Assembly: GCA_964395655.1 (NCBI GenBank)
Contig: CAYNBB010000003.1
Location: 1 to 62,337, forward strand
Length of the DNA: 62,337 bases
Reading direction: 5' to 3'
Source: an uncultured Azospirillaceae bacterium
Lineage (GTDB): Bacteria; Pseudomonadota; Alphaproteobacteria; RF32; CAG-239
Position 1 is the stretch's first letter; the number at the start of each line of letters is the position of its first letter. Below the pieces are notes generated by a model. The model searched no databases. It saw only the letters and a list, made by a program, of their open reading frames with translations, and was not told the origin of the DNA. Positions 8,879 through 19,972 of this stretch are shown here, piece by piece. Made by a program: the position numbers and the translations under genes.

Positions 8879-11629
8879 ATGTCACAAAAAATATGCCTTA
8901 TTGACGGTTCGGGATACATTTTCCGCGCTTTTTACGCCATGCCTCCGCTCAGCGCTCCTGACGGAACGCCGGTTAACGCCGTATTCGGCTTTACCAATAT
9001 GTTCATACGCCTGACAGGCAAGATAAAATGCGATTATTGTTTGGTTTTGTTTGATGCCAAGCGTCAGAATTTCCGCAATGACATTTTCCCCGAATATAAG
9101 GCCACCCGCCGGGAGACGCCGGCAGAACTGATACCGCAGTTTCCGATAATTCATCGGGCGGTCGAGGTACTGAATTTGCATTTTTTGGAAATGGAAGGTT
9201 TTGAGGCCGATGATTTGATAGCGACTTATGCCGAAATGGCGCTGGCACAGGGGCTGGAAGTCGTCGTCGTTTCCGGAGATAAGGATTTGATGCAGCTGAT
9301 CCGTCCCGGCGTCGAGTTTTTTGATCCGATGAAAGACAAGTTTTTTACGCCCGAGGACGTTAAGGAAAAATTCGGCGTTTATCCGGATCGTGTTGTCGAC
9401 GTGCAGGCGTTGTCCGGCGACAGTATCGACAATGTTCCGGGGGTTCCCGGCATCGGGCTCAAAACGGCCGCCCAGTTGGTTAACGAATACGGTTCTTTGG
9501 AAGAAGTTTTGCGACATGCGCCGGAAATTAAGCAGGAAAAGCGCCGGCAGCTTCTGATCGACCATGCGGAAGACGCCAGAGTGTCTTTGCAACTCGTCAC
9601 GCTCAAGTCCGACGTTCCGGTTCCTTCTGACATCAGAGCCTATAAGTGCATGGCTCCGTCCTTGGAAGTGATCGGAAAATTTATCCGCGACTATGGGTTC
9701 AATTCACTCAAATCCAAGATCGAACATTGGGTGTCTGAACGTTGTTCAACCCTTCCTGCCGAAAGTGTTGACACTGTATTTAAAAAAGTCGGAAAAAACT
9801 ATTCCGAAATTGCTTCCGAGGCCGAGCTTCGGCGGTGGTGTGATCAAATCGTCAGAACCGGGTGCTTTGCTTTTGATGTAGTGTCCGGCGGTTCAAATCC
9901 GTTTTTTGACAATATCGAAGGTATTTCTCTGGCGGTTGAGCCGGGGCTGGCCTGCTATATTCCGTTGTCGGCCGAAACCGCGTCGGCAAATCTGGATTTG
10001 TTTTCTCGGTCCGTCTCGTCCCGCGGTCTTTCGGCGTCAGTCGTTGCGGATTGCCTGCGGCCGCTTTTTGCCGGCCGTTCGGTGCTTAAAATCGGTCACA
10101 ACGTCAAGAGGGCGATGCATTTTCTGTCTCGGATTTTCGGCGCGGAGGCTGATTTTTTTCCGCTGGATGATGTTGCGGTTATGTCTTACGATTTGTACAG
10201 TTCCGAACATGGACACGGACTTGAGGAGCTGAGTCGGATTTATCTGGAGGAAGAGTTGCCCGAACCGGACAATATAACCGGCGCCGGTCGGAACAAAACA
10301 GCTTTTTCGGCGGTGGATTCTGCCGTGGCAGCTTCCTGGATGTGCACCCGTGCCGATTATGTTCTGCGTCTTTGGCATCTTTTCCGTCCTTTGCTTTTGG
10401 CAGAGCGTAAAACGGCGGTGTATGAGAATTTCGATCGCCGGCTGATTTCGGTCTTGTATGCCATGGAGCATCGCGGCATATTGGTTAATGCCAGGTCGCT
10501 GCGGGAGCTGAGCGTTTATTTTGACGGACTGTTGCGCTGTTATGAAAAAGAAATTTATGCACTTGCCGGCGAAGAATTTAATATTGGTTCGCCCAAACAG
10601 ATCGGCGAGATATTGTTCGGAAAACTTGGTTATAAAGGCAAAAAAACGTCATCCGGTGCATGGCAGACCGGCGCCGAAATTTTGGAAGAGCTGGCTGAAA
10701 ACGGCGTTAAAATGGCGAAAAAGATTTTGGACTGGCGCGAAGCCAGCAAACTCAAATCGACTTATGCCGACGCGCTCTACGCCCTGCTTGACAAAGACAA
10801 CCGCATCCATACCACCTATTCGCAGATCGTTGCCAATACCGGGCGCCTGGCTTCCAATAATCCCAACCTCCAAAATATTCCGATACGCAGCGAAGAGGGC
10901 AAAAAAATTCGCGCCTGTTTTATCGCCAGAGCGGGTTACAAACTGATTTCTTCGGATTATTCGCAGGTTGAACTGCGGCTGCTGGCCAGCGTGGCTGATG
11001 TCAAAAAGCTCAAAGAGGCTTTTGCCGCCGGCATAGACGTCCATGCTGCCACGGCGTCGCACGTTTTCGGCGTACCGCCCGAGAAAGTTGACGCCGGTAT
11101 GCGTCGCCATGCCAAAGCGATTAATTTTGGCATTGTTTACGGTATCTCGGCTTATGGCTTGGCTCGGCAGATCGGTGTCGAACCGGCCGAGGCGCGTGCT
11201 TATATCGAAGCTTATTTTGCGCAGATGCCCGAAATTCGCGCCTATATGGACGAAACAATTAAATTTGCCCGTGCGCATGATTATGTTTTGACGCCGTTTG
11301 GCCGCAAATGTGCCGTTTTCGGTATCAACGATTCTAACAAACGTTTGGCCGCCAATGCCGAGCGTGCGGCCATCAATGCACCGATTCAGGGCGGTGCTGC
11401 GGATATTATCAAACTGGCGATGATAAAAATCGAACGCGAACTCAGAGCCAAGGGATTTAAAACGCAGATGTTGTTGCAAGTTCATGATGAACTTGTGTTT
11501 GAAGCGCCCGATGACGAGGTTGAAGAGGTCGGCCGACTGATTAAGGAAATTATGGAAAGCGTGGTTGCTTATGATGTTCCGTTTGTTGCGGAAGTCGGCA
11601 TCGGCGACAATTGGGCCGAAGCACATTAA
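8879..11629 (+). CDS. polA: DNA polymerase I
   Basis: 916 aa. 5'-nuclease N-terminus (LIDGSGYIFRAFYA). Polymerase motifs DYSQVELRLLA, INFGIVYG and QVHDELVFE. Confidence 0.96.
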   Translation: MSQKICLIDGSGYIFRAFYAMPPLSAPDGTPVNAVFGFTNMFIRLTGKIKCDYCLVLFDAKRQNFRNDIFPEYKATRRETPAELIPQFPIIHRAVEVLNLHFLEMEGFEADDLIATYAEMALAQGLEVVVVSGDKDLMQLIRPGVEFFDPMKDKFFTPEDVKEKFGVYPDRVVDVQALSGDSIDNVPGVPGIGLKTAAQLVNEYGSLEEVLRHAPEIKQEKRRQLLIDHAEDARVSLQLVTLKSDVPVPSDIRAYKCMAPSLEVIGKFIRDYGFNSLKSKIEHWVSERCSTLPAESVDTVFKKVGKNYSEIASEAELRRWCDQIVRTGCFAFDVVSGGSNPFFDNIEGISLAVEPGLACYIPLSAETASANLDLFSRSVSSRGLSASVVADCLRPLFAGRSVLKIGHNVKRAMHFLSRIFGAEADFFPLDDVAVMSYDLYSSEHGHGLEELSRIYLEEELPEPDNITGAGRNKTAFSAVDSAVAASWMCTRADYVLRLWHLFRPLLLAERKTAVYENFDRRLISVLYAMEHRGILVNARSLRELSVYFDGLLRCYEKEIYALAGEEFNIGSPKQIGEILFGKLGYKGKKTSSGAWQTGAEILEELAENGVKMAKKILDWREASKLKSTYADALYALLDKDNRIHTTYSQIVANTGRLASNNPNLQNIPIRSEEGKKIRACFIARAGYKLISSDYSQVELRLLASVADVKKLKEAFAAGIDVHAATASHVFGVPPEKVDAGMRRHAKAINFGIVYGISAYGLARQIGVEPAEARAYIEAYFAQMPEIRAYMDETIKFARAHDYVLTPFGRKCAVFGINDSNKRLAANAERAAINAPIQGGAADIIKLAMIKIERELRAKGFKTQMLLQVHDELVFEAPDDEVEEVGRLIKEIMESVVAYDVPFVAEVGIGDNWAEAH

Positions 11630-11900
11630 AGGGTACTCCGCGGATATGAAAACGCCTGATTCTCCGTATTCTGACAAATGCGGAGACAGACAAGGGAAAG
11701 GGGAGGTCAGTTCTTGACGCAAGCAAGGATTTCTTCCTTTTTTCAAATTCCCCTTATTCGAAACTTTCTTAGAAACAAGATTTTGTTGTTTAGACACATC
11801 ACAGCAAAATCAATAAAGTTGTTCAATTTTTGTGCACTTTGACGTCCTGCATTGGTGGCATCTAAAATAATTGTTCTCAAAGCTTTGACGGCGATCTGCA

Positions 11901-12002
11901 GAATCGCCTTATGAGGAGGATTCTAATCAATAAAAGTTAACGGAAAGTTACCGATTCCCGTCAATGATTCCGGCGATTCGTCGCAAACCGAGACACAGAT
12001 TC
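11901..12002. promoter_or_regulatory. Cluster of six GANTC motifs, plus a TTAA-N7-TTAC element, in the polA-gyrB intergenic region
   Basis: GAATC at 11901. GATTC at 11919, 11953, 11966, 11975 and 11998. TTAACGGAAAGTTAC at 11937-11951. The cluster lies 160-260 bp upstream of the gyrB ATG. Confidence 0.4.
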
Positions 12003-12138
12003 GCTTTGCGCGGAATAAATTTTTTTTGCCTTTGATGTTTCGGAGGTTAAAAAACTGGGCAAAACTATGTATAAAACACGAAATTTGCTTGGTAATTTTT
12101 CAAGTCAGGTGTATATTCTAACCAATAAAAACGCTTAG

Positions 12139-14601
<2,463 letters not shown>

Positions 14602-14607
14602 TAAAAA

Positions 14608-14633
14608 GCGGCGCCTGAAAGCGCCGCTTTTTT
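14608..14633 (+). terminator. Rho-independent terminator after gyrB
   Basis: GCGGCGC-ctgaaa-GCGCCGC followed by TTTTTT. Confidence 0.8.
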
Positions 14634-14701
14634 CAAAGGCTTTTCTTGACACAAAAAGCAATTATATTAAACTCGCCCGTATAACAGACAAGGAGAACCA
14701 A

Positions 14702-15814
14702 GTGAATAAAATTCTGCTGCCGATTTTGTTCAGTTTGTGCGTTTGTTCATTCGCGCGGGCGGGCGAGTGGTCTTTTGAGGTGTCGGGCGATATCCGCGGC
14801 GCCTACGGCTATTCTGACGTTTCCGAGCGTTTCGAAAAATACGATGACAATAACAATGCCTTTGGTGACGCCGAAATCAACCTCAACGCTTTTTATGAGG
14901 CTGACGAAGACTATACTCTGAGCCTTAATCTTGATGCCATGGTCGGCGTTGACGAAGAATTACAGAACTATAATCAGGGACGCTGGGGCGAGGAGGCCTA
15001 CGCGGTTGCGGAGACGCCGTGGGGCTCTTTGCAGGGCGGCCAGATGTACAATGTCGATTATCAGTTTTACGAAGGAGCGCCGCGGGTCGGTATTTTGCGC
15101 AGCAATTCCGATATGGTCAATTTCATTAGTAATCCGAACTGGAAACGCACCTCCAAAGAAACAAAATTTGCCACGCTTGACACCGTTTATGTCAATACTG
15201 ACGGCGTGGCGCCCAAAGTCAGTTATGTAACGCCGGAATTTTTGGGAACCAAGGCCGGTTTCAGTTATGTTCCGGACGCTTATAATCGTCGAGGCCTAAT
15301 TAACAAACATGCTGATTATGCCAAGGACGACGGCTGGGTGGGCGTCGTTTATACCGAGCAAGATCTTGGCTGGCTGGATATGAGCGCTTCCGCGGGGTAC
15401 GCGCAGTTTCACAAAGATGACAGGGAATTTTCTGCCGGTCTCAGGCTTCGCCGCGGCAACTGGAGCCTGGGCGGAGGTTGGCGCAAAACTTATGTTGACG
15501 GCCGAGACGATCGCTTAGCGGCTGATGTCCGACTGCCGGAGTTTTTTGACGAATATCGTGAAGGCCAGGCGTGGGAAGCCGGCCTCGGTTATGAAATCGG
15601 ACCGTTTCAAAGTGCTCTGACTTATTTTGAATCCAAGGCCGAAAGAACGAGTAACAAAGATAAAATCTGGATGTTTTCCAACCAGTATCAGATAGGCCGA
15701 AACCTGCTTGTTTATGCCGCCGTTGCGCATGTCGATTTCGAAGGTGCGACGCATGCGCTTGAAGACAATAATCAGGGCTGGGCTTTTGTCGGCGGTGCCG
15801 GATTGACTTTTTAG
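14702..15814 (+). CDS. Outer-membrane beta-barrel porin-like protein
   Basis: Signal peptide ending ARA-GEW. Alternating aromatic/Gly-rich segments. C-terminal GGAGLTF with a terminal Phe, typical of OMP beta-barrels. GTG start. Confidence 0.65.
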   Translation: MNKILLPILFSLCVCSFARAGEWSFEVSGDIRGAYGYSDVSERFEKYDDNNNAFGDAEINLNAFYEADEDYTLSLNLDAMVGVDEELQNYNQGRWGEEAYAVAETPWGSLQGGQMYNVDYQFYEGAPRVGILRSNSDMVNFISNPNWKRTSKETKFATLDTVYVNTDGVAPKVSYVTPEFLGTKAGFSYVPDAYNRRGLINKHADYAKDDGWVGVVYTEQDLGWLDMSASAGYAQFHKDDREFSAGLRLRRGNWSLGGGWRKTYVDGRDDRLAADVRLPEFFDEYREGQAWEAGLGYEIGPFQSALTYFESKAERTSNKDKIWMFSNQYQIGRNLLVYAAVAHVDFEGATHALEDNNQGWAFVGGAGLTF

Positions 15815-15823
15815 GAGAACTTA

Positions 15824-16450
15824 ATGTCTAATATTCTGTTTATTTCTAAGGATGAAATTTTCAAAAATGATCTGATGAGCCAGATTCAAACACATGCCGG
15901 AGGTTTTGATTTTATTACGCCGGATTCGGCGTCTTCTTCCGATATTCTGCTGATAGACGAAGACTGGAGTGCTTTGCAGAAATATCATGCCCAAAATCTT
16001 CGTGCGCCGACAATTTTTATAACTTCGTCTCCGGAAGATATTGAAGAACCGGACAATGTCAATCATCTGATCGTTAAGCCGTTTGAATTAGGCTTTTTTC
16101 TGGATGAGTTGCGTGCCTGTCTGAATATTTACGACAACAGCGAGGAAGGGTTTCTTACGTTTAACCGCTATCGGCTGCGTCCGGCACACAAGGATATTGT
16201 TAATCTGCGCAATAATGAGGAAACCAAGTTGACCGAAAAAGAAATTGCCGTTATAAAATATTTATACAAATTTCAAGATCGGATTGTCGGCAAAAACGAA
16301 CTTTTGCAGGATGTTTGGGAATATTCGCCCGATGTTACCACGCATACGATCGAGACGCATATCTACCGCCTGCGCCAAAAGGTCGAACACGACGATCCGG
16401 ATTCTCAGTTGATTCTGACGGTTGACGGCGGCTATCAGCTGAAGGTTTAA
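15824..16450 (+). CDS. OmpR/PhoB-family winged-helix regulator with an atypical receiver domain
   Basis: C-terminal LTEKEIAVIKYLYKF...VGKNELLQDVW...TIETHIYRLRQK is an OmpR-type wHTH. In the receiver, beta1 reads ILFISKDE (acidic pair replaced by S-K). LLID, IFITS and VKPF are retained. Confidence 0.7.
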   Translation: MSNILFISKDEIFKNDLMSQIQTHAGGFDFITPDSASSSDILLIDEDWSALQKYHAQNLRAPTIFITSSPEDIEEPDNVNHLIVKPFELGFFLDELRACLNIYDNSEEGFLTFNRYRLRPAHKDIVNLRNNEETKLTEKEIAVIKYLYKFQDRIVGKNELLQDVWEYSPDVTTHTIETHIYRLRQKVEHDDPDSQLILTVDGGYQLKV

Positions 16451-16547
16451 AAACGGCAAAGCCTTCCCTGATTCATACTTTTTTTGTAATCTGTATATAA
16501 TCAAGTTGGATATGCTTGTCAGACAATAACAGATTATAATATGGAAA

Positions 16548-17354
16548 TCAAAGTTTTATTTCCGCCAACACGGGGACATGGTCAGACGGACGGCCACACA
16601 GGCGCAGTTCCTTGATAACCGTGGCGTTCAGCAGGCGGTGCCGCAAATTCGGCGTAACCCAGATATGATCCAGCCGCCGGCCTTTGTCATTGGTTTGCCA
16701 GTTGGGATTGCGATAACTCCACCATGAATAAATTTTCTGCGGCTCGGGGTAGAATTTGCGTACGGCGTCGACAAAGTCCAGCGATTGAAACAGCCGCGTC
16801 AGCCGCTCGACTTCCACCGGCGTGTGCGAAACGACTTTCAAAAGCTGTTTATGGCTCCATACGTCGTTTTCCGACGGCGCGACGTTAAAATCGCCGCACA
16901 ACAGCATTTTTTTGTTTTGCAGTTCGCTTCTGTGCTGTTCAAAATACTCGGCGATGTCGTCCATAAAACAAAGTTTGTGCGCAAAGGCCAGATTCTCAAT
17001 CGGATCGGGAACGTCGCCGCCGGCCGGAATGTAAATATCATTGATTTCAATGTCATCAAAAACCGTTGCCCGGATATGGCGGGCGTCTTTTTTGCCCACC
17101 CAGTCGCATTGTTCAACTTCTTTGAGCGGGTGCTTGGAAAGAATTGCCACGCCGTTGTAGCCGGCCTGTCCGTAAAGGGCAATATGCTCAAACCCGAGCC
17201 CGCGGATTTCCGCAAACGGAAAGTCTTCTTCTTTGGCCTTGACCTCCTGTATGCAGATAATGTCAGGATTTGTCAGCTGGCAGAGCAGCTTCAGCGGAGC
17301 CAGCCGGATGCGGACGGAATTGACGTTCCAGGTAACGAGCTTAAATGAGTCCAT
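16548..17354 (-). CDS. xthA: Exodeoxyribonuclease III (AP endonuclease)
   Basis: LVTWNVNS, ICIQEVK, GDFNVAP and PSDHVPV motifs. 268 aa. Confidence 0.92.
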   Translation of the reverse strand: MDSFKLVTWNVNSVRIRLAPLKLLCQLTNPDIICIQEVKAKEEDFPFAEIRGLGFEHIALYGQAGYNGVAILSKHPLKEVEQCDWVGKKDARHIRATVFDDIEINDIYIPAGGDVPDPIENLAFAHKLCFMDDIAEYFEQHRSELQNKKMLLCGDFNVAPSENDVWSHKQLLKVVSHTPVEVERLTRLFQSLDFVDAVRKFYPEPQKIYSWWSYRNPNWQTNDKGRRLDHIWVTPNLRHRLLNATVIKELRLCGRPSDHVPVLAEIKL

Positions 17355-17356
17355 GA

Positions 17357-17968
17357 TTATTTTTTCTTCTTATAGCTGCCGCCGTTTTTGACTTTTTTGA
17401 ACTTAAAGATTTTGTCGTTGAGCTCGTTGTCTTTTTTGATGTCATAAAGCGAAACCGAAACTTCGACGCTTTGCGGATCGACGATTTTCCATTGTTTGAG
17501 CTCCATCGGACTGTTGGAAAAGACAAGCGTAATCGGCCCCAAGTCGCCCTTGTCGGCATAATCAAGCGTAATTGAGGTCGATCCGGCGTCCTGATAAAAA
17601 TCGGAAATTTTGATTTTTTTGCCGTCGATTTTAATGTCATTGGCCAGAATCAGACTGGCCGGGATATCGTCGTAATTGATATGCGTGACTTGGTCAAGCT
17701 CCGTGTCGTTATAAACGATAAAGTCCCCATCGCCGACAATCAGAACATTGGTCGGATCGGCATATTCCATGCGGATTTTGTTTGGTTTTTTTATAAACAG
17801 GCGTCCTTCGGCGGTGGCGCCGTTGCTGGCCATCTGTACAAAAGTGGCTTCCATGCTCTTGATGTTGTTGAGGTAATCTTCAATCTTGCGGATGTTTTCC
17901 GCGCTTTGGGCATGAGCCGCGCCGCTCCACAATAAAACGGCAGTCAGAATAGCAAGCTTTTTTTTCAT
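17357..17968 (-). CDS. lolA: Outer-membrane lipoprotein carrier protein LolA
   Basis: Signal peptide followed by the pattern ATF.Q.....G......G.L.I.KP.K.RMEY and VGDG. 203 aa. Confidence 0.78.
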   Translation of the reverse strand: MKKKLAILTAVLLWSGAAHAQSAENIRKIEDYLNNIKSMEATFVQMASNGATAEGRLFIKKPNKIRMEYADPTNVLIVGDGDFIVYNDTELDQVTHINYDDIPASLILANDIKIDGKKIKISDFYQDAGSTSITLDYADKGDLGPITLVFSNSPMELKQWKIVDPQSVEVSVSLYDIKKDNELNDKIFKFKKVKNGGSYKKKK

Positions 17969-18037
17969 GATAACACCTGATTTGTTTTACGAATATCTCT
18001 TCTAATATAATCAATAAAACAAATTAGTAAATACAAA

Positions 18038-18082
18038 GATACCCCTTGTTAAGCAAAAAGCCTGCTGAAAACAAAGGGTATC
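18038..18082 (-). terminator. Hairpin terminator downstream of the 51-codon ORF
   Basis: 13-bp arms GATACCCCTTGTT and AACAAAGGGTATC (one G-U pair in the minus-strand RNA), a 19-nt loop, followed on the minus strand by TTTGTATTT. Confidence 0.55.
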
Positions 18083-18093
18083 CGAAAAGCCGA

Positions 18094-18249
18094 TTAGTAA
18101 TTTCTGGAGCAGCCGCCCGAACGAGTAGAGCTTTCGCTGTTTTTGGAGTCGCTTTTTTTAGAATCGGAAGCGGCGCTCTCACGGCTTGAAGATGCAGACA
18201 TTCTTTCGCCGGAAGATTTGGAAGAGCTGTCTCTCATATCATTACACAT
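18094..18249 (-). CDS. Small Ser-rich hydrophilic peptide, 51 aa (MCNDMRDSSSKSSGERMSASSSRESAASDSKKSDSKNSESSTRSGGCSRNY)
   Basis: Below the 60-aa cutoff of the ORF track; found by hand translation. AAGGAG lies 7 nt upstream of the ATG at 18249. TAA stop at 18094-18096. Its own palindrome lies upstream and a hairpin terminator downstream. Confidence 0.45.
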   Translation of the reverse strand: MCNDMRDSSSKSSGERMSASSSRESAASDSKKSDSKNSESSTRSGGCSRNY

Positions 18250-18280
18250 TATAAAATCTCCTTAAAATTTCTGATGAATT

Positions 18281-18302
18281 ATGCAGGATATATGTCCTGC
18301 AT
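18281..18302 (-). promoter_or_regulatory. Operator-like palindrome in the putative promoter of the small peptide gene
   Basis: ATGCAGGA-tatatg-TCCTGCAT is an 8-bp perfect inverted repeat with an AT-rich centre that could double as a -10 element. It lies about 30 nt upstream of the RBS. Confidence 0.35.
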
Positions 18303-18350
18303 CGTTAATAAATCTAAGAGACAAAGTATAAAAAACAATAGAACCTAGTC

Positions 18351-19277
18351 TTAAGTATTGCGAGCTTTGAAGACGCCGTTTTCAAACCCCTGAATGGTCG
18401 CATCTTGCTCAGCCAGTTCCAGTCGTCGGCAGGCTAAGGCGACGTATTCTTTTTCCTGTTCGATACCGATAAAACGACGCCCGAGTTTTTTGGCGGTAAC
18501 GGCGGTTGTGCCGGAACCGACAAAAGGATCAAAAACCAAATCGTTCGGATTGGATGATGCCAAAATCAATTTGGCAATCAGCTTTTCGGGTTTTTGAGTC
18601 GGATGGTTGGTGTTTTCGCTCATTGACCAGAACGGGATTGAAATGTCCGTCCAGATGTTGGAAGGGCAGGTCAGCCGCAGTTTCTCGCCGCCGATTTCCT
18701 TCCAGTCTTTGGGACTGCCGCTGCGATCGCGGTAAGGAGCAAGAACCGGTCGCTGTATTTTAACGGCTTCCGTATTGAAAGTGTAATTTTTGCTCTTGGT
18801 AAAGAACCAGATGTCTTCCAGACAGTTTTTCCAGTTGTTTTTGGCGCCGCGGCCTTTTTCTCGCTCCCAGGAAATGCGGTTTTGCAGAATAAAGTATTTA
18901 CATGCCGTTTCCGGAATGACGATGGATGTTTTCCAGTCGGAACAAATATAAACGGAGGCGTTTTCTTTAAGCAGGGGTACGGTCATTTCCAACCAGCAGT
19001 CGAGCCATTTTTTGTAGGTTTCCAGATCGCATTGCCGAAAGGTGCTCTGTCCGAATGTTTTGGTCAGGTTGTACGGCGGATCGGCAATCATCAGATCAAC
19101 GCTGTTCGGAGGCAGTTTGGGCATGATTTTCAGGCTGTCGCCGCAGACAATCCGGTCGGTGACTTCGTTCGTTGAATAGGTTTTCTGATTTTTTAAAGCC
19201 AAAGCCGCATAAGCGGCCGTTTCTTTTGCCGTCAGCTCAATGGTTTTGTTGCGGGGTGCTTTGCAGCGCTGAGGCAA
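18351..19277 (-). CDS. Site-specific DNA methyltransferase, beta-class N6-adenine/N4-cytosine (DPPY), orphan
   Basis: Motif IV DLMIADPPYN is N-terminal. Motif I DLVFDPFVGSGTTAVTAKKLGRRFIGIEQEKEY is C-terminal (circularly permuted beta order). HPTQKPEKL is present. There is no adjacent restriction endonuclease candidate. Confidence 0.88.
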   Translation of the reverse strand: MPQRCKAPRNKTIELTAKETAAYAALALKNQKTYSTNEVTDRIVCGDSLKIMPKLPPNSVDLMIADPPYNLTKTFGQSTFRQCDLETYKKWLDCWLEMTVPLLKENASVYICSDWKTSIVIPETACKYFILQNRISWEREKGRGAKNNWKNCLEDIWFFTKSKNYTFNTEAVKIQRPVLAPYRDRSGSPKDWKEIGGEKLRLTCPSNIWTDISIPFWSMSENTNHPTQKPEKLIAKLILASSNPNDLVFDPFVGSGTTAVTAKKLGRRFIGIEQEKEYVALACRRLELAEQDATIQGFENGVFKARNT

Positions 19278-19278
19278 C

Positions 19279-19554
19279 TTAATCTTCTCCGAATTTGTTG
19301 TCGAGCAGGGATTCCAGCGCCTGCATGGCCTCTTTACCCTGTCTGCCCGAAGTCGTAACTTTGATGGTTGTGCCTTTGGAAGCCGCCAGCATCATCAGTC
19401 CCATAATTGAGCATCCGCTGACGCTTTGACCGATTCTCTCGACTTCGACCTCGGCGTCAAAAGGTTCGATGGTTTTGACAAAGGCCGCCGCCGCGCGGGC
19501 ATGCAGGCCTTTTTTGTTTTTGATTTCCAGGTCTTTGGTAAAAGTTTCGCTCAT
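19279..19554 (-). CDS. ptsH: HPr-family phosphocarrier protein (PTS-Ntr type, NPr/HPr)
   Basis: 91 aa. Active-site KKGLHARAAAAF (His15 equivalent). GCSIMGLMML retains the Ser46-equivalent position. Confidence 0.85.
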   Translation of the reverse strand: MSETFTKDLEIKNKKGLHARAAAAFVKTIEPFDAEVEVERIGQSVSGCSIMGLMMLAASKGTTIKVTTSGRQGKEAMQALESLLDNKFGED

Positions 19555-19557
19555 TTC

Positions 19558-19956
19558 CTAAAGTCCCAATAACTGAGAGGCTACGTTGATATATTTCTTG
19601 CCGGCTTCCTGTGCACCCTCGACCGTTCCTTTGAGGTCTTTTTCCTTGCGTAGCGAAGCGATTTTAATCAGCATCGGCAAATTCATGCCGGCAATGATTT
19701 CGACTTTGGCTCGATCCATAATCGAAATTGCCAGGTTCGAAGGCGTGCCGCCGAACATGTCGGTCAGAACGACCACGCCGGAACCGTCGTTGACGGTCTC
19801 GACTTTTTTGAGAATTTCGGCACGCCGCATTTCCATGTCGTCTTCGGGACCGATACATACCGGCTCAACCTGCGTCTGTTTGCCGACCACATGCTGCATT
19901 GCCGAAATAAACTCATTGGCCAGATTGCCGTGCGTAACCAATACTAAACCGATCAT
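19558..19956 (-). CDS. PTS EIIA component, mannose/fructose family (regulatory EIIA-Man)
   Basis: MIGLVLVTHGNLANEF contains the phosphorylatable His. LTDMFGGTP motif. 132 aa. Confidence 0.85.
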   Translation of the reverse strand: MIGLVLVTHGNLANEFISAMQHVVGKQTQVEPVCIGPEDDMEMRRAEILKKVETVNDGSGVVVLTDMFGGTPSNLAISIMDRAKVEIIAGMNLPMLIKIASLRKEKDLKGTVEGAQEAGKKYINVASQLLGL

Positions 19957-19972
19957 TTTTTCACCTGCTTCT

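Noticed and set aside
11630-11760. Structured ncRNA or terminator right after polA (nested CTCCGC/GCGGAG and TCTCCG/CGGAGA stems, AAGGGGA/TCCCCTT pairing)
   Set aside because: The stems are short with large loops, there is no U-run, and there is no resemblance to RNA families I can recognise by eye (tmRNA, SRP, RNase P, 6S). The evidence is insufficient without covariance or expression data.
18351-19277. Complete restriction-modification system around the methyltransferase
   Set aside because: No ORF with endonuclease-like size or motifs lies on either side. The flanks are HPr and a 51-codon Ser-rich ORF.
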